Below are positions 1-13,084 of a stretch of 64,000 nt of DNA, one piece after another (within the stretch, counting starts at the first letter, position 1; each line of letters starts with the position of its first letter). A model generated the notes under the pieces. The model did no database searches. It saw only the letters and a list, made by a program, of their open reading frames with translations, and was not told the origin of the DNA. The translations under genes and the position numbers were made by a program. This DNA comes from Lytechinus pictus (Eukaryota), in assembly GCF_037042905.1 (NCBI RefSeq), contig NC_087245.1:3350001-3414000 (forward strand), read 5' to 3'.

Positions 1-159
1 ATTTTTGTCTCTCTATCTCTCTCTCCTACCTCTCACTTTTTGTATATAAGTTGCATGTCTTAGCTCCTATCTTCTCTTTCTCATTCATTATCTCAGTCTG
101 ATTCGGTGTTTTGGTCCAGCCTTACCTTTTCATATATTTCCCATTCCGCTTTCATTATT

Positions 160-280
160 ATGTGTATTGTCTCATCTCCCTCTCATTTCCTCTCTCCCCC
201 TCTCCTCCCCTCTCCTCCCCTCTCCCCCTCTCCTCCCCTCTCCCCCTCTCCCCCTCTCCCCTCTCTATATTCTCTTCCTA
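160..280. repeat. CT-rich low-complexity tract ((CTCTCCCCCT)-like)
   Basis: Direct reading; explains the Pro/Ser/Leu ORFs 106..375 and 111..515. Confidence 0.9.
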
Positions 281-2195
281 TCTTTTATTTGATTTCTGTT
301 TGTTACTTGGTCTTCTTAACCTCGCATCCCTTATCAATTTTGTACCTCTATATTTGTTCAGCGTTAACATGTTGAACATGATTGTTCAACAGTTTTTTGG
401 AGGAATTCGTATGATGAAGATGTTCATATTCAAATTGTACTGTATTGAGTATGCAATCGTTTATTTTCATTTATATCTGAATTTATCATGCCAAAGAAAT
501 ATCATCGTTTTATGATACCGAACATACCCTTTTGTTCAATATGTTCTTACATTAAATATTTTCTCGTATGAAGATCTCTGAATTAAAGATAATTCTCATG
601 ATTATATTTTGTTAGTATCAAGAATGAAAATGACCGAAAAGTATGACAGAAATATGGAACATGATCGTTGCTTGCATTCATCAGATATTCGTCGGATCGA
701 GGAGGTATTCTTGATTACTTCTACTTTGATAAGGTCCTTTAACCTGCATGATCATGGTGATGATTGAATTGATAATTGGATAAAGAGACCTCAGGAAGAT
801 GTAATCCCCGAGGATTTATAAAGGGAAATTCCCCAACGCCAAAATGAGGACAAACCTTTTGACCTTGCCAGGGTCAAGACGTCGTCCTTAAAATGTCAAA
901 CAACCGTGAGACATCTTAAATGGCAAATTATGTTCCCACGTGGTACACTATTCCAGACATGAGATGCTTTATCCTGAAGCATACTTTTACATGAACATAA
1001 ACTCCAACATTTTCATGTTTTAATTGTTGTTTGAGCAGTGATCCAACTCTTAAACTCAATTGAGACATATGGCCTTACGATATACAGTTTCAAATGATAA
1101 CCTGCAAAACTTTGACCGCTCATCAAATGGAGCAACGTTATATCAGAGCACCAAAGTAACGAAACTCGATGGTCATAAGCAAACATCATTTCGCTAACAA
1201 TCATGAGATGTACTGAATAGAAAATAATGTACTGATTTTCAAGAATACATAAAGGTGACTTTTATCCGGGTTCTTTATAAATGCATCGAAAGATTTAATG
1301 TGTTCATATATAAGTACATGACATCATTTCTGAGGACCGTTCTTATGTTAGCACCATTGCAAAATGACAAAGTTGATGACGATCTATTAACTCATATTCT
1401 TTCATGTTTGATTTGTCCCTCGTGTATTAATGATACCAAGGGAACTAAAAATGAATAAGAAACCCATTGTTTGCAAGAAGTTTCGTATTCGTAGTTTTCG
1501 TATAAATAACATGAATTCAAAGTTTATTGATACACGTAAGTTAGTTTGACTGATACAAATGGTTTTCTAATCTACGAAATCTTTATCAAATCAAAAATAT
1601 TTAATTTCAAGCCATTATAATATGAAAGAATAGTGTATGAATGTTTATTTGGATATCAATACAGGAAATAGTGTCACTAGTAATCTCTTTCAGAGCTATC
1701 TAGGAAGGATCTTACGTCAGAAAATTTGATATGAGACATCTAAGAGGTGTCAAAAATTAATGTACATAGCCTCGTGCAGGTTTTGCATAATCGCCATTCT
1801 ATAGAGTATGAATTATGAATTAAAAATCCATGTGTAACTGATATTACCTTAAATTATTCTTTATTTTCCACCAATCAGTTTTCTGATAAAAAGTATGCTC
1901 TTCTTCCGTCTGACACTGTTCCCCTTGACTACTGAGAGTCTATGGCAGTAGGGAGTCGCCTTTTTAATGTGATTGATCTCAAGTACTCTCTAACTATCGT
2001 GTCTTACGCTCACTTTGTCCCGGTAGTCTGGTAGTGCTTCATCAACGCCTACCCTTTTCAACGTTGGGCTTCATTTCATTCTTTTACCTGAACAACTTTA
2101 TTTCTCTATCTTACGATATGTCCTAAAAGTCAATGGATGAACTATTATAAGTGCCATTTCTAATTTCCCTATTTATTGAAAGTAAATAGTCACAC

Positions 2196-2573
2196 ATCCC
2201 CATATTAAAAAAAATCTTCCTTTTTTTTAGTTCTCATTGAATGAAAAAAAATCATTGTAAATGAGAATACAGAATCACACACACACACACGTATATATAT
2301 ATATATATATATATATACTTGTGTGTGGGTGTGTGTGTGTGATTCTGTATTCTCATTTACAATTATTTTTTTTCATTCAATGAGAACACAGAATCACACA
2401 CACACACACGGATATATATATATATGTGTGTATATACGTGTGTGTGTGTGTGTGTGTGTGATTCTGTATTCTCTTTTACAACAATTTTTTTTTTCATTCA
2501 ATGAGAACTAAAAAAAAGGAAGATTTTTTTAATATGGGATAAACATACCCGAGAGCACACATATATATATATA

Positions 2574-2613
<40 letters not shown>

Positions 2614-2635
2614 GTGCTCTCGGGTATGTTTATCC
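2196..2635. repeat. Nested inverted duplications centred on three (TA)n/(CA)n tracts
   Basis: 2199-2291 is mirrored at 2437-2538 and partly at 2321-2387. GGATAAACATACCCGAGAGCAC (from 2537) is mirrored by GTGCTCTCGGGTATGTTTATCC (to 2635). Confidence 0.9.
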
Positions 2636-2697
2636 TAGAAGGAGGGAGAAAACAAGTTATGGTTGTCCATTTACATTTATATTTTATATTATATGTG

Positions 2698-2983
2698 GGA
2701 GCGTCGTGGTCTAGTGGTTACGACTATCGTCTTTCAACCAGAGGGACGTGGATTCGAATCTTAGCCATGGCCTGTTTTCCTTCAGCAAGAAATTTACCCA
2801 CATTGTGCTGCACTCGACCCAGGTGAGGTGAATGGGTACCTAGTAGGATTTATTCCTTGAATGCTTTAGCTCCTATACGGCGGCTCAGCTACAGCCGGGG
2901 TAATAATATGATACCAAGTATCAAGCGCAGTAGAGTATATGCAATTATAGTAGCTGCGCTATGCAAATGGAACATATTATTAT
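2698..2983 (+). mobile_element. tRNA-derived SINE with L2-type 3' tail
   Basis: Head GGAGCGTCGTGGTCTAGTGGTTA (A-box) and GGATTCGAATC (B-box), core ...CACTCGACCCAGGTGAGGTGAATGGGTACC, 3' GCGCAG...CTGCGC stem and (ATT)n tail. Confidence 0.85.
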
Positions 2984-4876
2984 ACAACAATATCCACGGA
3001 TTTAAAGAAGTATGGTATTGCGAACACATTCAAGACATAGATGTAAACACATCAATGTAACATGTGACCAAGCTTTAATATTCTCCAGACACTGCCATAA
3101 TTTTCATTTGCTTCTTTACAACTCCTGATATATTTTATGTCAGTCAGTATTTAGTGCAATGTGGGTTTTCGATTAATATTTTGTTGCTGATTGTCACAAA
3201 AAACAACAAAATCATGATGGTAATGTTCAGTAATGGTCGTCAATTACATGTGAGCTGAATTGTATCTCATGCCCACTACGGAGTAATAATACCAGCAACT
3301 ATCTTAAATTGTCCTTCATTCAACCTCATTTTTATACTATAATTATGCCCGATCAATTATATAGGAAGCTATATATTGTGACTTCTCATTATTTTAGTAT
3401 AGAAGCATGTGTAAACGGGATTCCGGACGTACTAGAAGGTAAAACCGCCAGATTTATTCCGTCTGAGGTTGCTACATAGAGGCCCCCTCAAAGGTCATGC
3501 GTGGCTACTTGAATAGAGTCTAATAAATGTGGCTACACAATGCGGCGTCACAAAGATGTGTTCTTCATCTATTTGTGCCAAAACTGCCATGCAAACTGCG
3601 CATACCATACAATGAAGTCTGGCAAGGTATATGCCGTTATTTTTTTAAATGTAAATCTGTGTTGTTATGTTGTTAGATTGATACAAACCCATCCCCTTTC
3701 ATACAGTTCAAATACACTTGAAACATTATGTTTTTCAACATTCTTGTTTTTCCTTGAAAAAAAAACATTATGAAATGTAATTATTGAATGCCTATCGCTT
3801 AATGAATCTTTCATTTAATACGCTTTTCAATTTCAAAGAAGAAGTAGTTTTCTAGTTGGAAATTAAAAAAATGAAGTAAGATCTCCAGGCATTTATTCAA
3901 GATATGTTCAAATGCACTTAAAAAAACCCTGATTTTACAGGAAAAAAAGAAGATTATGCAGAAAGCAATAACAGAATCATTATGTAAATTCATAAGACAT
4001 GAATTTTTCTTCAATTTAACAGAACAGGTCTGTTTAAAAAGGGGAAAAGGGTGTTTTATTTAAGGAAATTGTAATGTTCCATACACCAAATACCAATTTC
4101 GTGTAATGTTACATGATATAATGTAAGATTACGCAATCTGGTAAGATTACAGGTGTTCTCGAGACTCTGCTGCAGGAACTTCTTTTATTTTTAGGAAAAA
4201 TTTTATAACAGCGTGGATCAACGGACCACACACTTTCTAAATTGTATGTCCTTTCTTTTGTTTATTCTGTGACAAGAATGATATCATATTTTCTGGATAT
4301 ATTAATGACGATACTGTTCGGATTGGATGATCAAATTCTTGTCAGAGATCTAGTCCCTTCCAGTCCTTAATAATACAACCAACATTCAAAATGAAGGCTT
4401 AATCCGATCCAGAATCATAACTTATATTCAATATCATTTGTTTTCCTTTATTTTATCCATTATTTTGCTGGACCCGGTATACAATGGCGCCTTTACACTC
4501 ATCATCACGTGATCCCCTCTTACCAATCATGACGCTCTCTCGTCAACTGCACTAATCAACGTTTCAAAATACTTTTGTGTATGCAGGTAAGTGACTCTTT
4601 TACCGTCCTAATGCGCCAGATTGAATTGACAACGTGGAGTGAGTGAAATACGTTGAGTTTTGTATTTTGAATCATTACGTCGTTAGCGTTCAATGTATCC
4701 AGTATAGGAGGAAATTACAGATACATCTGGAGTGTCCGGACGAATTGCCAAAGCATGGGCAAGGCGCCTAGATAGTGTAATGATATTATGATAGCGCCGT
4801 GAATGGTGAAAATTAATTGGTAACTAAGGATAATTGGAAGAATAGCAGAATATATATGCAGTCAAATTCATGTTAA

Positions 4877-6088
4877 CATGTGCGTATTCTGGGTGGGGGG
4901 CTTTCAGGGCCCGGGCTCCCCGGGTAGGCAAAAAAGGGGGCTCCGAAAAGGGAAAGAAGAAGAGAAGAAAGGGGGAAGAGAGAATAAAAAAAGAAGAGAG
5001 AAGGGCGTGCCAAATTGATGTTCGACATAGGGGGGGCGTCGAATTGATGTTCAACCGAGGGGGCGCCGAATTGATTTTCGTCCTAGGGGCGCCGAAATGA
5101 TGCTCGACATAGGGGTGCCATTTTGATGTTTGTCCTTGGGCACCAAATTCATGTTTCACAGGGGGGCGCGAAACTCATGTTTCACAGGGGGGCGCGAAAC
5201 CCATGTTTGCTGGCATCAAAATTAATGCTTAGCTAGATGCTCATCCTGTTCATGATTACCAAAAGTGCTTAGAAAGTCAAAATTTTAGGTCAAAGTATAA
5301 AAAAATTTAATCTCTCTCTCTTCTCGCTCGCATCAACTGTTAAGTAAGGTAACGATCCTGTTCATGGTTGGATAAAGTGCTTAGAATGAACTTTGGAATT
5401 GGAACTTTTAGCTTGCGCTTCGCGCTCGCATAAGATGTTTTGTTAGATACTCATCCTGTTCATGATTACCAAAAATGCTTACTCGAACGTCCAATTTTTA
5501 AATCAGAATATAACAAATTTTCAGCTAGCGCTTCGCGCTCGCATCAATTGTTTAAATAGATACTCATCCTGTTCATGGCCACAAAATGTGCTTAGAATTA
5601 CAAGTTTTAGGTTGGAATATCAAATATTTTCAGCTCGCGCTTCGTGCTCGCATAAGTGCTTAGAATATCCGATGGGGAAACATATACATGTAGATAAAAA
5701 CAAGTCCCCCCACTGTTGGCGAAAGCTGGATCCACTTCTGGTAAAGAAATTACAGCTCCCGCACACATAATTTTAGTAGGGTCTACCACTATACTGAAAA
5801 GTTAAACTAAATTGAAACTCCAAAGTGCTTAAAATTGTATTCTTTCTGGTCCCATTTATTCTTTTCAAAAAGTGGTATTACAACATGTTCATGTTTTTTT
5901 TTTCATGAACACATTGAAGTGAAGTGGTCTTCGATTGCCTTTTATAACGTGATTACAAAATAAGATAATTCGACATGCATTTAAGGCATCTATGATTGCC
6001 TGGCGGGGGGTGCAATCTTTTGAAAAGTTCACAGGGGCGCCAATTTTAGGTCGGGCCCCCGGGGTGCAAAATCCTGGATGCGCGCCTG
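4877..6088. mobile_element. Non-autonomous hAT-like DNA transposon with internal GCTCGCGCTTCGCGCTCGCAT repeats
   Basis: Degenerate TIRs CATGTGCGTATTCTGG / CCTGGATGCGCGCCTG, subterminal G-runs, and internal repeats shared with 8698-10247. No clean TSD. Confidence 0.7.
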
Positions 6089-8697
6089 AATGCGAGAAAT
6101 AGGAATAGACAGAAGAAATAAAAGGATAAATGATAAATCAATTTAATAGTGAGCTAGATAACAGTAACATAAATGAAGCTAGAAAAATCGACACTTTTAA
6201 TAGCATAAATCAATTACTGATCCCAGAAATGAAGCGGGGAATGAAGTCTACTAAAGTTATTAAACGGTAAAACCCTTTTTTAAAGACACAACTGATTTGG
6301 ATTTACCAACACCCATCAACACAAATACAACGATGTTTCTACTCTCCCATATCGTGTTATAAAAAAATCGACATTGCCGTGCGCCACCCTGAATCGATAC
6401 CTGGTATTCGTGACCGCTTAAAAATCGATTTTCCCGCAGTAGTAGGAAATTAAACTTTCTCTGCGCTAATTTTTGTCGATTGTGATCCGTCTTTTCGACT
6501 TGACCATGGGCTCAAAGCTAGGAACAAGAATATGAAGCTGTTATTGACATGCATTGTACATATATCATTGATATGTTTGTAACATGTATGATATCTTCCT
6601 TACATACTGTAATGTGTAGCATCTTGTTCTGTATGATTGGTCGGGGAGTACTTCAACAATTGTTTTTGAATGTTTATTCAGTGAAAGTGACGTGACTATG
6701 AAATCACTCAATACTACGTAATTTCCGCCCTTAAGCTCTTCAAAACCACCAAACAAGCACAAAAACCCAACAAACAAGGGGCTCCAACTAAATCGTTGTA
6801 GAGACACACTGTACTTGGAAAGTGCAGAGAAGATATTTCCTTTGGTGATGTCGGAATTCGTGGTATTATTCTACGCCAGAGTATTCATATATGAGTATGT
6901 TTGGATGCTTTCAGCGAAAACGGATGACACAGATCCATAGGCCAGCCATGCTGACTTTCCCGCTTAAAGGGAAAACTTACTGGCCGTCACCACAATTCGT
7001 AAGTTTCTGGCCCATTGTCCTCCTTTTTTCTCAAGCGGGGATGATAGGATGGGGTGCTGCGTTTGTTTAACACCTGGAAATCAGGTTCGTTTACTAAAAA
7101 GTAGACATTCGACCAAAATTATGATCATTTTGGAGTGAAAACTTTTTTTTAATTGTCTTTTTTTTTCTAATCGAAATCACCTTCATATTTGTATGAATTT
7201 TTTTTGTACTGTTAATTTTCCCCCCAAAACGCCAAGTGTTCGTAAGGCCCCTGATATTTACGAAAAGATTTTCTCATATTCATGAGAATTTTAAAACAAT
7301 TATAGATTCACTAAACAACTCGGTTATGAATTTGCTCACATTGATTTGCCTTCCTTTTTAATATACTTGTTCATGGTTGTCTAGGATACATCCAGTTTCT
7401 TGATGGCTAAGAAGCATTTGTCATGATATGAAGGTTATTTTTGTCGTATTCTTTAATAGAACAAGTCATGAAACCAGAGTGACTGATTGGTTTGAGTAAT
7501 TATATGTCAAGTCGGGGCGCGCACTTTTTTAGATGTTGCAACCTCGATCAATATAAATATATAACGTCCTTTAAACGCAATTAGAATGGATGTTACGTTT
7601 ACTTTTCCCTACTATAGAATCCTCTTGGGGGATTCCGATTATAAACGCAACATTTTGAGGTCGCGATCGGCGTTTACATTCGTAACAATATCCCCATTTT
7701 CACTTGAAAAGCTAAAGAGAGGCATCACGGGTTATGATTATTGTTGACGATATGCTTCCAGACAATATCTTATTTCAGAACACAGGTGTCAGGTGGAACG
7801 TTAATTTAGTTTTGGGAGGAGTTTTTCATAGCGGTCAGGTAAAACAACCTCGGTATAACATAAATTGTGAATTCCCATAGTTTATTCACATTTTAAGGAT
7901 GGAATGGTTAATAAAAATACGGAAAGAAAATTATACTCTTTGGCACACATGTTCATGTGGGTGTATCGCGGGGTGTGCATGTATGTGTGTGAATGACAGA
8001 GATGGAATGATATTTTCAATGGTTTATACATGAGAGTAGATGGAAATTGGTAAAAATGAGGTAAAAGAGAGATGAGTTTTACTGAGGCTTTTCGATTGAA
8101 AAGCGGATTAGGCCTGGAGTAAAGTTGCAGCCTCATTCTTCATGATGCAGCCATACTCGTATGACGGGTATTGATCGAAGCCTTTGCTCTGTGCACCTGT
8201 TTAATATCGGGGAATCTACCCTTATTTGTCTTTGGAAATTGAGTTTGCCAACCTTCACTAACACTTGACTGTCGGCTCGCCAACCATCGACATGAAGGCA
8301 GTCAAATACTGCTGCTCTATTACATTGTATTTCAACGCAAAAATGAATGTAGCATAACAGCAAAAAAAAAATAGATCGGAGTTCTATGGGCATTTTAAAA
8401 TATATCAGGGTGTGTTTGATCATAGGGCTGTTATAGAGGTATGGTAATTATTTCCAAGAGGAAATAGACGTTGACACGTCTGTGTAAACGACTGAAAATC
8501 TCTTTATTTCCACCCCCCCCCCCTCTCACTCTTCCTCTTCCTCTCTCTATCTACCCATATGTCTCTTTGCCTCACATCCACACGCTCGCGCACCGCGCAC
8601 ACACAGACGAACATGCGTGTACTCACACCAGCACACATCTTTCTCCATTTCGCACTCACTATTCACTGAATTTCTTCCGTTGGTTTTACGTTACATC

Positions 8698-10247
8698 CAC
8701 TAGCGTACCTAAGGGGGGCAGGGGGGCAGTCACAAGCAAAAAAAGAAAGGAAGCGAAAAAAAGGAAGAAAAAAAAAGAAGAGGAAAAAAGAAAGAGAAAA
8801 AGGGGGGAAGGGGAAAAAGAAGAAAGAGTTTAAGAGAAAGGGGAAAACAAAAACTGGACTGCAGACTGTCGGAACAAATTATAAACTGTCGGGAACACGG
8901 GGCTGTTCCAACTGAATCGGTTTTTTAGTTCCACCATCTTTGTCGGTAAATATAAATTAAACTGTACACTTTTATCGGTAAATTATGATTTTTACGAAAT
9001 GCGACTTTTAGAGCGCTCTGTACCGATAGTGAGGACGGACTGGGCTGACCAGTGACAGGAAAAAGGTAGAGAACAACTTTTAGGTAATATAATTATAACA
9101 ATAAAAATTTCGCTCGCGCGCTACGCGCTCGCATCAATTTTTAGGTTGGATACATAAGATAAATGTCTAGTTTTCAGGTTGAAATATCAAAAATTTTCAG
9201 ATCGCACTTCGCGCTCGCGTCAATTGATTAGTTAGAAACCAATTTGTTCACGGTTACAAAAAGTGCTTATAATATACAGTTTTTAAACCGGAATATCAAA
9301 AAATTTAGCTCGCGCTTCGTGCTCACATATAACTGTTTAGGTATATCCATCCTGTTCATAATTAAATGAAGTGCTTAGAATGTCCGGTTTTCAGGTCGGA
9401 ATATAAAAAATATATCATTAGAAACCAATTTGTTCACGGTTACTAGAATTGCTTAGAATATCAAGTTATTAGGTCGGAATATCAAAATTTTCAGCTCGAG
9501 CTTCGCACACTCGCATAATATTCCATCCTGTTCATAATTAAATGAAGTGCTAAGAATGTAAAGTTTCAGGTCGAAATATAAAAAAAAATTCAGTTCGCGC
9601 TTCGCGCTCACACCAATTAATTGTTTTTAACTATCATCTTGTTCATAGTTTTAAAAAAAGGTGCTTAGAATGTCCACTTTTCAGGGGGGGATATCTCAGA
9701 TTTTCAGCTCGCTCTTTGCGCTCGCATAAATTAATTATTCAGTTAGAAACCAATTTGTTCAAGGTTACTAAAAGTGCTAAGAATATCCAGTTCTTAAATC
9801 GGAATATCAAAAGTTTTAGCTCGCGCGTGGCGCCCGCACGACTGTTTAGATACCCATCCTGTAAAACTGCTTAGAATGTCTAGTGTCCAGTTAGGAATGT
9901 CAAATTTTTTAGCTCGCGCTCGCATAATTTATTAAGGAAGATCCTATTCATAATTAAGTGCACAAAATATATCGTTTTAGGTCTAAATTTTTTGAAAAAT
10001 TAAGCTCGCGCTTCGCGCTCGCAATTATTATTTTTATAAGGCTAAATGATAATTGAAAAAAATGTTCGCTCGCCCGAAAATTAAAAACTGTGAAGTTGAT
10101 ATTGGGGCAATGATTATCAGCCCCCCCCCTTGAAAAAAATTGTGCCTATACGTCCATGCCTACTACCCCCCCCCCCCACCTTGCTCATCCTTGTCGCTTG
10201 CCCCCCCCCCCCCCCCCCCCCGACGAGATATGCCAGGAACGCCACTG
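8698..10247. mobile_element. Non-autonomous hAT-like DNA transposon, 8-bp TSD
   Basis: Perfect TSD GTTACATC at 8690-8697 and 10248-10255. Imperfect TIRs CACTAGCGTACCT / AGGAACGCCACTG. About ten degenerate tandem units with GCTCGCGCTTCGCGCTCGCAT at ~9100-10025. Confidence 0.88.
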
Positions 10248-12505
10248 GTTACATCCAACCTTCTCTTTTTATTTGCTTCCATCTATCACTTATTGCTAAG
10301 TAAATATTTATGTATTGGAATGGCATGTTGTCGTGTATTGACTAATATCACAGATGTTATTTATTTATTTCCTAACAAACACGTGTGCCAATTACATGTA
10401 TGTACACACACATGGAGTACGTTTACAGACGTATACTTCCTATTACTAAAACATTCTTGCGCAGATGATATGAAATCGCCAGCTAGTGTCAGAGTCTTGT
10501 ACGTATGTTGGATATTTACGTTTATGTTATACTTTAGTATTACTGTGAATTGACATTATAGTATAATTGTCTTTACGAGGATCCACAATGCAGCTTACAT
10601 TTCTATACTAGTGATGACATTATTTCAATCTTTATTATAATAAATTGATCTGTAATTCAGCCGTCTTAATCTTAATTTACATTTTACATTATTACAGTCC
10701 CATGTGATTTCTAAATACCTTAGGAATTTACTTCCTGATAATATAGGAATAAATATGAGGGTAAATACGAAAGTAAGTATAGCACCATGCAAAAGTCATC
10801 AATGTGATTTTAACTGGGATCCCTGTGGAAATCACCGTCGTTATCAGGATGCCTAATATGAAGTTTTAATCGAATTAAACCGTTTAACGTATAACTAATC
10901 TGATACCATTTTAATTAATGGGAAAATGCCATTATTATAAAAAGAAGAAATATCTAGTGCTTAACAAACTGATAGTGTTGCAATATCAGCAATCAGCGGA
11001 AACTATCAACTAATTACGTTCAATGGATGAGATTGCCGTGGTGTAAATTATGAAAAAAATGTACATGATGGGGTTTATAACCTTTAAATCCAGATTTCGT
11101 TGAGTTTAGTCTGAAACTCTGCAAATTTCGCCTTCATGCAATCATGAATACAAATAATGAAGCAGTAAGTAACCGCCACAGATCATTCAGCATGGTGTCT
11201 AGGTAGCACATAATGAATTGGACTTGGCTGCTGACAGCGGTACACCGCTGTCTGTGGTACATCGTCTTTCACACTTAAGGATGTCTATTTGTTGTCGACT
11301 GCAGGTGTATTTGTTGATACCCATGTACATTATTGACCCATACCAACAGATGGCACATACTTGCGAGCCTGCTCCATTTCATTTTAAATTTTAGCATTTC
11401 GACACGTTTTAATCGAAGCATAGCGTGCAAGATCCATTACCATATCTTCTTTCAATCTCATCACTGTCTTCATCTCTCTCCACTTGTATTTCTGAATCAT
11501 TTTCATCTCACTTCTTGTTTTATTATCGACCCTTTCCATTTTTAAACGAGATTTCTTCTTGTTCTCCTGATTTATTTGCAACTGCCAATTCTCTGATCTT
11601 GAATTTATCTTCCACTGAATACATCCGTTCTGTCATGTCTGTTAAAACAGGAACGTATATATCTACATTGTTCTATTTTTTCTTACATAGTTTTATGTTG
11701 AATGTCATTCAAATAACAATACATTTTCACTTTTAGTTGTCCAAGTCTCTTGTTACTTTTTTTAAATCCAAGAATCAAAGTACAATTGATTTAATTCCAG
11801 TTCGATGCTGAGCCTGATCGGTTAAAGTGAGCATTGAGGTAAAAAAACAATAATTTTTATATTCTTATGATGTAATCACTGCCGGATATTCAATTGATAT
11901 CTAAGGTTACTAAAATCCATATTATTTGGTAAGGTCCGGAAAGCGACTGGAAAGACTTACTTTCGAATAGGGGTGTTGAACACTGCTGTCACGGACGGAC
12001 ACTTTTGAGAAATATTGATTTGGTCCTATTTTGACATTCATTAGATTGACTTGAGTTTTGTTTGCAAGTAATTATAGATGAAACACTAGTTTGCTAAAAT
12101 AAAAATAAAAATATTGGGGAATATTTGTCCAGGAATGGTCATATCGCATTTGTATATTCATTTTTATGCAAATTTGTTTTATGTTCTATTGCTGGAGCAA
12201 TAAACTTAAACTAAAAATGCTGAGCTATCTCACTATAGCAAAAGACCTAAAACGTGTATGTATAAAACCCAGATCAATAAATATTCATATGCGAAAGTTG
12301 AATTGGAATATTGTCACAGACGGACATTTGCATTATGTTGCAATGGTATACATGTATGAAGGGGATTTCTTATTCATTTATTTTGTAATTGTGTTTTATC
12401 AGTTTGGGGAGATAATTTATTACATAAATCTAATAACTGGTATTGTAATTCATATATATTCCCCCATATAACCCCTCCACCAATACACACTCACGCACAA
12501 GTATC

Positions 12506-13084
12506 TTCATGCCCCCGCTGACGAAGTCTCGAGGGGGCATTAAATGTTGCACCATTAGTCCGTCCGTCCCCCTAATTTGTTTCGACATGATAATTTTAAA
12601 GATATTTGACAGATTTTAAATAAATATTTTTGATATGTAGGTAGATCACACTACAGGTAATTTTCAAATTTGAAGTCCTCGAGTCCACGGTCAAAAGTCA
12701 TAGCTCATGATATGTGCGGATTGGTTTGTGGCCGATAAGTTGATAAATATTCGACGGAATTTTAAAAACGTTTTGGTATGTAGATAGATGACACTGAAAT
12801 ATCAGTCAAGTTCGAATTTGGAGTTTGTCGGTAAAGGTCACAGCTCATTGTATATTCAAAATGGTTTTGGGGTGATTACTTGATAAATATTTAATATAAT
12901 TTAAAAAAATGGTATGTAGGTAGATGACACTAAAATACAAGTCAAGTTCAAGTAGGACTCTGCAGGTCATATCTCACAGCTCATGTAAAATGGTTTCCAC
13001 ACACTCAATAAGACAATGCTTACTGACTGCATTACAGCTGGGCATCTCTATCCTGTGGACAAAAAATATATATTTTTTTTTTTT
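12506..13084 (+). mobile_element. Helentron-associated interspersed element (HINE/DINE-1-like)
   Basis: 5' subTIR ATGCCCCC with nearby inverted copy GGGGGCAT, (GTCC)n microsatellite, about three diverged internal tandem units (GTATGTAGGTAGAT...AGGTCACAGCTCA), 3' GGGCAT and T-run. Confidence 0.75.

Noticed and set aside
2698..2770. Functional tRNA genes at SINE heads (also 42872-42940)
   Set aside because: No acceptor stem and no terminator; the sequence continues into SINE core and tail.
4480..4592. Exon ending at the strong donor CAG|GTAAGT (~4586)
   Set aside because: The frames I translated upstream hit stops and no acceptor or start was convincing. It could be a non-coding exon but is unsupported.
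11400..11660. Minus-strand acidic exon after acceptor-like TTTTAACAG
   Set aside because: In-frame stops appear after about 38 codons and there is no recognisable homology.
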